64,000 bases of DNA from Macrostomum lignano (taxonomy: Eukaryota). Position 1 is the first letter of the stretch. Each line of letters opens with the position of its first letter. Below the pieces are notes generated by a model. It saw only the letters and a list, made by a program, of their open reading frames with translations, had not been told where the DNA came from and searched no databases. Positions 40,190-51,995 of the stretch are shown here, piece by piece. Position numbers and translations under genes: made by a program. The stretch lies in assembly GCA_002269645.1 (NCBI GenBank), contig NIVC01000037.1, forward strand, positions 62,001-126,000, read 5' to 3'.

Positions 40190-40494
40190 GCCAATAATAG
40201 TGACCAACTGCGGGACTGTTTGATTAGAGAAATGCACTGATTGGTTTCACTTGTGCGTGCTTGTGGATAATCCATTAACACTAGCTGCGCGCGGTCAGAA
40301 CCTTAACATTCTGCTTCTACCATAGACATATGAATATGATATATAAATATGCCGCATTATTTGTTAGTAAAGTGTGCCTCACAGAATTACACTTACACAC
40401 ACACAGATCATGCATAAGCACTAGCTTACAGTGAAACCCCTTTCTGTCAAAGCATCTTTTAAATAGACTTTAGCCTCGGAGACAGGTAGCACAG

Positions 40495-41072
40495 ATACCT
40501 GCGTCAGTGCGACCTCAGCCTCAGTAATTAGTAACAGGATATTGCTGTCCCTACTAGATGCCTGTGTCAGTGCGACCTCAGCCTCAGTAATTAGTAACAG
40601 GATATTGCTGTCCCTACTAGATGCCTGTGTAATGACTCAGACTAGCTATTTAGTTTGGCGAGAGAAACGATGCACTTAAATGAGCCGACTGCTCAATTCA
40701 ATATATTTATAGGCACGAGAGCATTGCGTAATAAGAGTATTGCTACGAGTTAGTTCATCGACCAAGCCAAGTACATTATTACCGCGCAGAGCGTACACTA
40801 CAGCCTGTGTCAGTGCGACCTCAGCCTCAGTAATTAGTAACAGGATATATGGCTGTCCGTCTTAGATGCCTGTGTCAGTGCGACCTCAGCCTCAGTAATT
40901 AGTAACAGGATATGGCTGTCCCTACTAGATGCTGTGTCAGTGCGACCTCAGCCTCAGTAATTAGTAACAGGATATTGCTGTCCCTACTAGATGCCTGTGT
41001 CAGTGAGACCTCAGCCTCAGTAATTAGTAACAGGATATTGCTGTCCCTACTAGATGCCTGTGTCAGTGCGAC
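40495..41072. repeat. 63-bp tandem repeat in two clusters (about 40495-40630 and 40803-41072)
   Basis: gcctgtgtcagtgcgacctcagcctcagtaattagtaacaggatattgctgtccctactagat repeated head to tail. Confidence 0.9.
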
Positions 41073-41482
41073 CCTAATTCTATAGAACTAGAAAATGAGT
41101 AGAGGCCGAGTTCACCAGAGACTATCAACTGTAGAAGCCTCGACAAATATAGATTTAAGCGTTTACTTTAAAAAGTAGAAAACTGCATTACAATGTCCTG
41201 GACAAATGGACGAGACACCAAATTGAGATAAAATATAATAGAGATATAAGTTAATAAAAGTTTTGCAATACAAACCAGGAGGTTAAAACCAGCAGTACGT
41301 GAAACCTAAGAAAAATATTAAGCACACCAAACGGCGTGCAGAAAAATGCACTAAAATGCCATTATTGAGACTTATACGGCGATATTAACCCGGCCTAAAA
41401 GCTAACAATTTGAAGTTAAAAATTCAAACTGAGTGAACATAAATAAGCCAATTTGCCGCCTTGGTCAACACCCCCAGCTTCA

Positions 41483-44400
41483 TTAAAAGTCATCAAACAG
41501 AGACAGTCGAATTCTCTGCCTTGTCAGAATCTCCGTCACGTCGTAGCAGTCGGGAGCGATGCAGTACTCCGGACTGTCCAGCTGCTGCACCCGGAACTTG
41601 CTGATGGAGTCCAGCAGCCAGTCTCTGTTCAGCACCACGATGTCACCGGAGGCCGCGATGGCCTGGCAGCGGGCCTCGCTGAACTTCGCGTCGTCCTGGT
41701 CGGCCACGGCGACGCTCAGACACCCGGTGGCCTGTCGGCGAGGCAGCGACTCCGGGCTGGCGGCGAACTGGCCGCCGCACTGCTGCACCAGAGTCTGCAG
41801 GGCGAAGCTCGGCATGTTGACGAAGTCGCCCACAGGAGCGATGCAGAACTGCTCCAGCAGCCGGGACGGACCGGGGCAGCGGTCGCGGCCGCCGCGGCTC
41901 CTGGCCGGGCCCAGGTGGTTCACGCCGCACGACAGGTCGCCCTGGATCTCGAAGTCCGACTCCGGCAGCAGCGAGCCGGCGGCCAGCGACTCCGACACCC
42001 AGTCGAAGCTCAGCAGCCACGCGCCGGACACGAGCGCCTGCGGGATACGCACGAGAAATGGAACCAGTTTTGGCCATAGACAGTTCAGCTCCAAAATGGC
42101 AATTTTTTTCGTTTTATTGCCAGTTCATTAGCATAGGGAACCACTCTTGAACTTTCCCACTTAGATCATGCAGATTCCCCCCTCCATCAAATTACACACA
42201 AAAAATGATGATGTTGTCTAACTGAAAGCGATCAGCCTCACAGGTAAATGACAATTGAATTAGTAAATCAAATTTTATTGAAAGTCATAAATTTTTCTAC
42301 AAACAGAAAGGTTTTCAAAACTTAATTGAAATGAAAAGCATTCAAAGTCAAATCAGAGTCGTTGAAATGCAAATTAAAGCTCCACGCGGTGACACGCTGT
42401 TGGCAGTCGGAACACCTCGTCCTGGGAGTCGAGAAGGTCGCGTTGAAACTCTTGCATTGTGGCTGCCAGGCGGTGCCCGTCGGCACTCAACGATAGAGTC
42501 CATCGCTGCTCCACTGAGCAGGCCCAGCTGGCGGCGGCTTCATCCTTCAGAACCCGAACAGCCAGCGCTTCAACAAAGTCGCCGCCGCGATCGCTTCGAA
42601 GCCACAGCTGCCACTGCCGGCTGTAGCCGTGCTGCAGCACCTCGGTGAACCGGCCTGGCCCTTGCAGCAGCTGGTTGGGCGGCTGCAAGACCTGGTCGAC
42701 GCCGATAGCAAAGTCTTTCCGTCGGTTGAATTCGTCCAACTCCAGCCGCTCGCAGTGCCGCAGCCCCAACGGCGGCCAGATGCGTTCGACAATGAAAGCG
42801 CAGCCGAGTCGCTCGCTCAGGTAGACAGCGGGCGCCGAGCCTTGGCCGGGCGTCAGGACGCTGAGCGAGGCCGAGACGGCGACGTCGAAGTTTTGTTCAT
42901 TGGCGAAGGTCCAACTGTCGCTAGCGGTAGAGGAGGCGGCGGCTGTGGCTGTGCGAACGCGGACTTTCCAAGCGTCTCGTCGCCTGCCGCTGTCCGAGGC
43001 GGCGACTGCGCAGTCGGTCGGCGGCACGGCTGCTCCTTTTGATGACGACGATTGGCCGGCGGGGAACCCGTAAAATCCGCCTGCGCCGCCGCCCCCGCTG
43101 ACGGACATCCATCGGGCCAGCAGGCGGCGCTGCATCGGCGACAGTCGGCCAGCTTCGGCACCCAATAGCATTGGCGCCGCTGGCACTAGCGAGAGCAGCG
43201 ACAGCAATCCTATTAGAAGCAGCAAGACTGACTGACTCGGCAACATTGTGTCTCTTGTTGTTATTGCTGCTGCTGTTGGTGTTGCGATGAACTGAGAGCA
43301 GCAATCCTTGCCTGCAGCTTTCTGTCTGTAAGTCTAATCCCTGCTATGCAGTTCGGACATAGACATTACTGTGCGAGCTGGAGAGCTGGCTCTGCCATAG
43401 ATTAAAAACCAACTAATCCCCCAAGGCACAGATAATTAATAACAAATATCTATTCGCTGATTACACTACTCATGATGAGAGAAGTAGTAAGTTGACGATT
43501 TCGTCTTTCAAGAATTAAGAATTGGATGAAACAGTGTTACATGCATGACGATTAGAAATCCAGGGCCGCTGTAAACCCTGTGTGAGCGCGTGCCTGCGTA
43601 TAGTTTTGGCGCGCTTGTATAGATTGTGGGACGATGTCGTCGATAGCGTTGCGCCAGGGTTTGGGTGCCCCAAAGCGGTCTTTGCAGTGACCTTCAAGTG
43701 ACCCATTTTGGCCTATGGACAGTGCAACCGCTTACCTGGAAATACTTGAGCGTCCTCTCGCTAACCCTGGACATAGACGAGCTCTCCCTAATGATGACGT
43801 GGGTAGTGTGCAGTTCGGGATCGAACTGGAACCGGGCCTGGTAGACGCAGCAGCCGGAGTGGGCCTCGCACAGCCGCCTCAGCCGGGCAACCTCTGTTGG
43901 ATCGAGGCCGCTGCTAGTGATCAGCAGTCTCCGCCTTAGCCTAGGAGGCGGCGGAGTTGACATCTGCGGCGATTCGGACTCCGGCTGCTCCAACAGTTGT
44001 CGGACATTTTTTATTTCCTCTTCAATTTTGCGAACCTCGGCGTCCAGTTCGCGACGCTGCGGTGTGGCCAGGACTAGGGACACCTGCTCGGAGTCCTGCT
44101 GCTGCACTCCGCGATCCTCGGAGACGGGGCTTTCAATAACGTCGGCGTTGGTCTCAACTGAGGATGATGGGATACAGACAGGCGGCGGCATCATGGCGCT
44201 GTCAGCTTCCTTGCCCTCGTCTGGATCTGTTGCTTCCTGCTCCTCATCACTGTCGCCGAGGTTTTCCAGCTGGCGACGGAGTTTAGCCGGCAGGCTGCGT
44301 CGTAGCCGACGCGCCCTCGCCATCAGGATGGTGCTGTGCCTGGCCCGCCGGCCGATCAGCACCACCGGCTCGTGTCCGCCAATGCCGAGGCCTTTACGAA

Positions 44401-46665
44401 GCCGTTTCTGTAGCTTAGCCTGGCGGCCGATTTTAGCATTGCCGATGGCCGACGTTGAAGCGGCGGCAGCGCCAGCGGCAGCCGCGGTGGCGCTTTCTGA
44501 ACTGCGACGACGCCAGTTGAAGGTGACGGCTGAGGCCCAACCGAGCGGCACCTTTGAAGTTTTAATAATAGAATCTAATTAATAATATTATTGTTAGCTG
44601 ACTCCTGAACACATACAAGCGCCAATGCTGTACGTAGGCACTCGTACACACGCTCACACAGGGTGTACGGGAGCACAAGAATTGCCCGCCGAGGTTTTCC
44701 CGCAATCCTTTTATCTTTTTAATCTTTTTATTAGGACTTACTACGAGCGTAAGCCAAGGACAATCCAAGAGAGGGGTCAATAAAGCTCATGCATAAGTAG
44801 TGAATGCCACCTCTTGGCACGGCTTAGTAACAAAAGTGAATTAAACGTCAAACACTAACCTGGATCTTTGACCCGCCGCTTTTGTCGCCGTTGCTGTCGC
44901 CGCCGCTGCCAGCAGGCAGGCACTGGCGCAGCAGGCGGCCTAGCAGACCGCGTCGCTGCCTTCGCCGACAGAGCGCACTAGCTGGAGTTGTTGGCAGCCT
45001 CGACGGGATCGAGGTGTCTAGGCTGGCGAGAGACTGGCGCGCCTGCGGCTGCTGCTGCACCTCTGCTAGTGCCGATTCCTGAGCAGAGTGATGACGGCTC
45101 TCTTCTTCCAGCTTCTCGCTTTGTCGGCGCTGCTCCTGGAGCCGGCAATCTGCGGTAAGCGAGAGTAGCGGCGGAGACAGTGCGGATTGGGTGCTAGAAA
45201 TTGGGAGACTGGATTATCAGAGACTAGATTATCAGAGACTGGATTATCAGAGACTGGATTATCAGTGACTGGATTATCAGAGACTGGATTATCAGTGACT
45301 GGATTATCAGAGACTGGATTATAGAGACTGGATTATCAGTGACTGGATTATCAGAGACTGGATTATCAGAGACTGGATTATAGAGACTGGATTATCAGTG
45401 ACTGAATTATCAGAGAATGGATTATCAGTGACTGGATTATCAGTGACTGGATTATCAGTGACTGGATTATCAGAGACTGGATTATCAGTGACTGGATTAT
45501 CAGTGACTGGATTATCAGTGACTGGATTATCAGAGACTGGATTATCAGTGACTGGATTATCAGAGACTGGATTATAGAGACTGGATTATCAGTGACTGGA
45601 TTATCAGAGACTGGATTATCAGAGACTGGATTATAGAGACTGGATTATCAGTGACTGAATTATCAGAGAATGGATTATCAGTGACTGGATTATCAGTGAC
45701 TGGATTATCAGTGACTGGATTATCAGAGACTGGATTATCAGTGACTGGATTATCAGAGACTGGATTATCAGTGACTGGATTATCAGAGACTGGATTATCA
45801 GTGACTGGATTATCAGAGACTGGATTATAGAGACTGGATTATCAGTGACTGGATTATCAGAGACTGGATTATCAGAGACTGGATTATAGAGACTGGATTA
45901 TCAGTGACTGAATTATCAGAGAATGGATTATCAGTGACTGGATTATCAGTGACTGGATTATCAGTGACTGGATTATCAGAGACTGGATTATCAGTGACTG
46001 GATTATCAGTGACTGGATTATCAGTGACTGGATTATCAGAGACTGGATTATCAGAGACTGGATTATCAGTGACTAGATTATCAGAGACTGGATTATCACT
46101 GACTGGATTATCACTGACTGGATTATCAGAGACTGGATTATCAGTGACTGGATTATCAGTGACTGGATTATCAGTGACTAGATTATCAGAGACTGGATTA
46201 TCAGTGCCTGGATTATCAGAGACTGGATTATCAGTGACTAGATTATCAGAGACTGGATTATAAGTTATGGGATTATCATAATATCAGTGACTGGATTATC
46301 AGAATATCAGTGACTTGGATTTCAAGCAACATTGTGTAGAGCATGGGTTACATACAACATGATGATAAAGTCAAGGGCCACTGCACACCATTTATGAGTA
46401 AGCAGTTGCACACACAACTGTATACATGCTCATGGTCAGTATATTCGAAATAACTAATCGATACCTTGCACACTACTGCAAGTTGACTGCCAACCAACTA
46501 TAGGGTAGCAAATCAAATATATAAATCACACAATTTAAGATCCATCAGACACTCCCAAGATTGTACACAAAAAATCTTACCTTCATCATAGGCATTAATA
46601 ACATCTTGTAATTTTGATATTAACGACTTGATGCATTCAGCTTGAGTAGAAGTTGAGGGAGCCAT
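41483..46665 (-). CDS. BRCA1: BRCA1-like gene, copy B; exons 46665-46581, 45149-44860, 44551-43736, 42037-41483 (about 581 aa); no RING found
   Basis: Same tandem BRCT with the intron at KYFQ|ALV. Coiled coil LDAEVRKIEEEIKNVRQLLEQ resembles BRCA1 [21 protein letters not shown]. N-terminal helix IKSLISKLQDVINAYDED. Phases 1/0/0; total 1746 nt, in frame. Confidence 0.75.
42374..43246 (-). CDS. Intronless secreted ependymin-related (EPDR-like) protein, 290 aa, nested in intron 3 of BRCA1-like B
   Basis: Signal peptide MLPSQSVLLLLIGLLSLLSLVPA. Cys spacing PTDC...HCERLEL...ACSVEQ...DEVFRLPTAC parallels EPDR (QCSKMTL, DCYPVQ, DPSVFTPPSTC). AATAAA (minus strand) at 42279-42274. Confidence 0.65.
   Translation of the reverse strand: MLPSQSVLLLLIGLLSLLSLVPAAPMLLGAEAGRLSPMQRRLLARWMSVSGGGGAGGFYGFPAGQSSSSKGAAVPPTDCAVAASDSGRRRDAWKVRVRTATAAASSTASDSWTFANEQNFDVAVSASLSVLTPGQGSAPAVYLSERLGCAFIVERIWPPLGLRHCERLELDEFNRRKDFAIGVDQVLQPPNQLLQGPGRFTEVLQHGYSRQWQLWLRSDRGGDFVEALAVRVLKDEAAASWACSVEQRWTLSLSADGHRLAATMQEFQRDLLDSQDEVFRLPTACHRVEL
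45205..46315. repeat. 15-bp minisatellite (gactggattatcaga/gt)n with a ~253-bp higher-order period, in intron 1 of BRCA1-like B
   Basis: The variant actgaattatcagagaatgg recurs at about 45401, 45654 and 45907. Confidence 0.95.
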
Positions 46666-46949
46666 TTCAAAGACTGAAATTAGTGAAAGATTAGTGAAAG
46701 ATTACACAAACTTAGTTATTATCATTTCTTTGTATTTCATTCAATGTTTTCTCATATTTTTTTAAAAAATATCTAATATGATAAAAAATAGGTACATTTG
46801 AATCCATACTCTTAAGAACCTCATCCTAAATAGAATTCACTTTTATAATAACTATAGCTCACATTGAAATCTTTTATTAGAAGTTTAAAGTATAAACACA
46901 ATTATAATAAATTAAAAGAAAAAAATGGAAATATAGAAAATTGAAACTA

Positions 46950-47748
46950 TAGCTTTTTGCAGCCCATTTGGGCCTATGTGCATTGAATCTAATCTAAGAT
47001 AGGTTTGTCAATGTAATGGAGCTTTTGTCTATGGTAGCAAGAATGGCACAATGACATTTAATTTGGTCCAACAAGCATCAATTTGGTCCATAGCTTCATT
47101 TGCAACTGCTGTGGAAGAGCAAGATCAGCATGAGCGGTGGGAGCTTGTGGCACCAGGGGCCCCCAGAAAATGAGTCCACGTGGTAATTTTTAGTGTTTTT
47201 TCTGATTTTAGGTCCTAATTAGCAGCTTATAAAGGTACATGTGCCCCCCTTGCCCTGTGCCCGGTGCCCCCTCAAATATTAGGCTCTGCTGCCCCTGAAG
47301 ATCAGACCCAGAATTGTGGACCATATGCTAGGCTGTTGAACAAATGCCATTGGCTTGTGATCGAAGCACTCGACAGAGCTGCGAACCCAAAGGACATTGC
47401 AAGGTTGCTGAATGTAAAAGAAAAGATGATTTATAGCATCTATAAATATGTTGAAACTTTGAAGGAACAGATCCAAATGTTTATCAGATTTTGAATATTG
47501 ACAGAGCTTGAGAAAAGTGACTAGAAATTGTTGGTAGACACACTGATATTCTAGCAATATGCAACAACCTGAAAATAGTTTTGAGAGGGCGAGAATTTGC
47601 CAAATAGCTCACAGGCATTTGGACCAAATTAAATGCCGCTGTGCTAGCCTTGCTACTAGAGACAAAAGCTCCATTGCATTGACAAACCTATAAGTGTATC
47701 TTGGATTAAATTCAATGAATGTAGGCCCAAATAGGCTGCAAAAAGCTA
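46950..47748. mobile_element. Putative Tc1/mariner deletion derivative with ~150-bp imperfect inverted repeats
   Basis: Arms at about 46950-47090 and 47610-47748, flanked by TA. Internal + strand HTH-like peptide LDRAANPKDIARLLNVKEKMIYSIYK. Confidence 0.55.
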
Positions 47749-48374
47749 TATTAATAACATGCCATAGAGTTGGATCATAATCATCAATGATTGATGATAT
47801 TTTATTTATAGGTATAGTTATAGCTATTTTATTTAAGATAGGCTACTATCAGGAAATAATTGTATTTTAAATGCATCAAATGGCACAAAAGATAAATTTG
47901 AGTGAGCTCAGAACAACTGTTGAAATATCTAGAAAATTGGTGTTGTCAACAATTGGTGGCATAGCTTGGCACAAATATAATTATGCTAAGCTGTTCTATT
48001 TGGCTTAAATGACAAAAATAGATTTTTTACTTGTGCACTATACTATACCACAAATGTGCCACAATTGTCAGTCATCTAAGCTCTTTTTAGATGTTTATAA
48101 TAATGTAAAACTGTGCTAAAAATGTGCCATTTGGCCCTTGACAAGTAAATTTGCTGTTTAAAGCAGTTGAACTAGGTGCATAAATGTGCAATTTGATTAA
48201 AGTGTTTGGAATAGCTAAAATTTTGTACAAAGTACATATTTAAAGGAAAGAAGATAAATTAAAAAAATTTGCCTATGTAAAATTAAACTTTAAAAAAATA
48301 ATCTCAAAGTTGAACATAAAGAAATTGAAATAGTCTAAAAAATGGATACTGCCTATATATATTTATTCATTGCA

Positions 48375-51300
48375 CATATACACCATTTTACCCTCAATTT
48401 TGAACAAGGAGAACTTTGCTTTTGGGATATAAAAGTATTGATAAAAATTGTTTTCCTCTATCATTTTACACACAGACTTAAATAGCCTGACTGGTTGGGC
48501 TGCAAAGTCCAATTCTATTTTGACAGAGTTGCTTCAAAATTGACACTCTATGGTTTGTCTAGCCCAAAAGTCTGCTTCATTTTTGACAACTCCTAATCAA
48601 TATTGAACAGTTTACAATCAATTCTGACTGCCACTTTATTACATTTGTGTTTGTTTTAGAAAAATACTATAAACATGTAGCCCTGTTAATGGTTTAAAAG
48701 AAGTATTGTACAAGTATTTGTATTTTTAATAACATGCAGATGTTAGATTTCTAGGTTAGGTTAGGTATCTGGACGTGGCTGGTAGGAGCTTGTAGTATAG
48801 CGGGCACAATTTTGTATGCCATGGTCCTCATCCTCTTTATCCCTAACTGATTCACCAGGTGCACAAAGTCATCTTGGTTCTCATGAGCAGAAATCAGGTG
48901 CTGTCAGTCCTAGAAGGATATAGACTGATTTTTATGGTGGGCATACTGTTTCTGCTCCTCTTCAAAAAACCTTCAGTGGCATTGCCATCAATCATCTTAG
49001 ATAAATTAGTCCTTTAGATTAGCAATTAAAAGTGACAAACACAAGCAGATCAAGAATTGCTTTTATGCTCTTTTGAATTCTTCTGTGCCATGATGTGTAT
49101 ATGTTGGTCTGACCAACCATCTATGATAAAAACTGAAGCAGTGGCCAATTAAATTTGAGGCGCAGGCTGCCTCAAGACATAGACAAAAAACAAACTGCCA
49201 TAGACAAAAGCTTGCCTCAAAATTTCCAAGCTTAACAATTCTTTGTCAAAACTATTAAAATCTTAGTCAAAAAGTCTCTTAGTCAAATTTGATTGTAAAC
49301 TGTTCAATATTGATTATGCTAAGGAATTGTCAAAAATGAAGCAGACTTTTGGGGTATACAAACTATAGAATCTCAGTTTTGAAGCAACTCTGTCAAAATA
49401 GAATTAGACTTTGTGGCCCAACCAGTCAGGCTATTTAAGTCTATGTATAAAATGATGGAGAAAAACAATTTTTATTAATACTTGTAGATCCTGAAAGCAA
49501 AGTCAGAATGAGCTAATTTTGCATAGATAACTTTTGTCCTATTAAGGCTTTCATTGGATTACTTTGTTACATAATTCTCCTATAAAAAATTGACTTAATG
49601 TACATTGTCAAAATTGAACTAGAGTTTGTCAAAATTGAAGCTTGATCTGTCAATATTGATTGCAGATTTTGAGTGCCCAACTATAGAGTATCAATATTGA
49701 AGAGGAGTTGGTTGGTTTCAAAGTTCTTATTCAAAATTGAGAGTATAATGGTGTATTATATGATCCAAAGTGTAGGATTCAATTTCTAGTTTTTACTAAA
49801 AAGAATGTTTAATTAAATAAATATAGGCCTAATTTTACAATTATTCAACTAATCAATTCATGAATCATGTGCTATATTATTAAAAAGTATTTTTCCTATA
49901 GAATATTCATACATGCGCAACAGTTGGCCGAGTTGGCCAATCTGGCCGACCAATTTGGCGGCCAACCAAGGAAGTTGCAAAAATTCCCACCCGAAAAAAT
50001 ACCAATGTAGTAGTACTAAGTAGCTGATGAGGCATTTTGACTTAGTAAGACAGTCATAGTTACTCCTGCTGTTTACCCAAAGTTGCGTTAATTTTGCATT
50101 AGGGTTTTTTACATGTAAGTCGCATTTTTGGCCAAAAACTATGTCGCATTTTTGTTAAAACTAAGTCGCATGGCCAACCGAATTTTGGAGGTTGCGCATG
50201 TATGAGAATATTTCTTCCTAGGCTATATCACCCACTTTTCTTTTTTAGTTATATAGGTTATTTTTTAACTAAAAAATACATTTTTTTACATTTATTCATT
50301 TGGTCACATTTCTATTTTCTATTTATTTTACTGAAAATGAAGTCCCTAATCTAGGCAAAATAATAAAACCTAATAATGTTTAAGGCTTAATAAGGCCTAA
50401 TCTTAGCCTTAAAAGAATTGGATATATTGATTATTATAAGTATATAAAATAATAGGTCATTTCACACAATGCAAAAAATAGCAAAAAGTTTTCTAACAAT
50501 TAGGCCCCATATCTACAAGTTACAAAGAAAAAATAAATTAGGCCTATTCAACAGTTTTGTTTAGCAACTTCAGGTTTTTATTAGGCCACCCTATTGCTTA
50601 TTCAAATTAGGCATTGTCAAGTTCCCATACACTGTCCTTTACAATGGCACTTTCTTTATCTTAACACCAATGGCTTAACCTTTATAGACTAATAATTAAG
50701 GTCTATTTAAACATTCAGTCAATAACCTTCATCTCATAATTTCATCATATTCTAGGGCCTATCTGGCTGTGGAACTTTCGTCAACAGGCAGTGGAAGATT
50801 TGGAATATTCGTCAACTGCAGAAATGAGGGTTGGAACATTCGTCAACCAAGTTGACGAAAAAAAGTTGACGAAAATTCCATAAACCATCTGTACTCTGTA
50901 GGCTGTAGCCTAATCCGTAATTATAATCCCTAATATAGGCTAATCCCGACCCTTGCAATGATACCAGAGCAAGTCGAAAAGTGTAAATTTAAAGGGTTTA
51001 CTTTGGAAATTAAATAGGTGGTAAAATATGTGCGACGCCGCTTTAACCTTTTGTAATGACTATGCATGCGCGTGACACTCGGCCCGCGCACGACTTGAAT
51101 AATTTTTGCAGTTTTAAATATTCACGGCGAAATGGCCATTTAATCACGTTACGAAATATTACGCAGTGTCCTATTTATTACCTCTGATCGCGTTGACTTA
51201 TCTAGCGAGCGGAGAGCTTTAAATACTGGCTAAAAACTGGCCAATTTTCGATACAGCAGCAGTTCTTGACATGCTTTTTTGATTGGTGCTGGACCAAATA

Positions 51301-51995
51301 AATAATGCCGATAAATTTGGAAAATTATTACCAAAAGTTGCGTGCAAAATATGGGCATATAAATATCTTTAATAAGGTATTTTCGTAAATAGGAGATAAA
51401 CAGTCAGACTTATTGTTCACAGCTGTTCAAAGCAAATATAATTTGTCTATGTTATGTAAAGCTAAAATTAGACCACTCCTTGAGTACGTGTTGTTCCATT
51501 GTATGGGGATCTGCCGGTGAGTCTCATCTTTCTGTATTGGACCCGTGTCCAATATTGATTAGGAGTTGTCAAAAATGAAGCGGAGTTTTGGGGTACACAA
51601 ACCATAGAGTGTCAGTTTTGAAGCAACTCTGTCAAAATAGAATCGGACTTTGCGGCCCAACCAGTCAGGCTATTTTAGTCTCTGTGTGTAAAAAGATGGA
51701 GAAATTTTTTCATCAATACTTGTAGATCCCAAAAGTCAGAATCAGCTGATTTTGCACAGATAACTTTCGCCCCGTTCAGGCTTACATTTGATTACTTTGT
51801 TACCGAATTCTCCCAGGAGAAGTTGACTAAACGTGTATTGTCAAAATTGAACCAGAGTTTGTCAAAATTGAAGCTTGATCTGTCAATATTGATTGTAGAT
51901 TTTGAGTGCCCGACCATAGATTGTCAATATTGAAGAGGAGTTTGTCAGTTTCGAAGTTCTCCTTGTTCAAAATCGAGAGTAAAATGGTGTAATTA
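48375..51995. repeat. AT-rich dispersed module in three copies (about 48375-48625 inverted; 49290-49755 and 51545-51995 direct)
   Basis: Shared gaagcaactctgtcaaaatagaat...cccaaccagtcaggctattt and ttgtcaaaattgaagcttgatctgtcaatattg segments. Confidence 0.7.
49908..50204. mobile_element. 297-bp MITE (hAT or P type)
   Basis: 14-bp TIR catacatgcgcaac and 8-bp TSD agaatatt (49900-49907 and 50205-50212). Confidence 0.85.

Noticed and set aside
40400-40500. CxxC-containing peptide (ICATCLRG) upstream of BRCA1-like A as a possible RING remnant
   Set aside because: Immediately followed by a stop, and no C-x-H-x2-C-x2-C core follows.
40495-41072. 63-bp repeats resembling a CRISPR array
   Set aside because: Units are head to tail with no unique spacers, there are no cas genes, and the context is eukaryotic.
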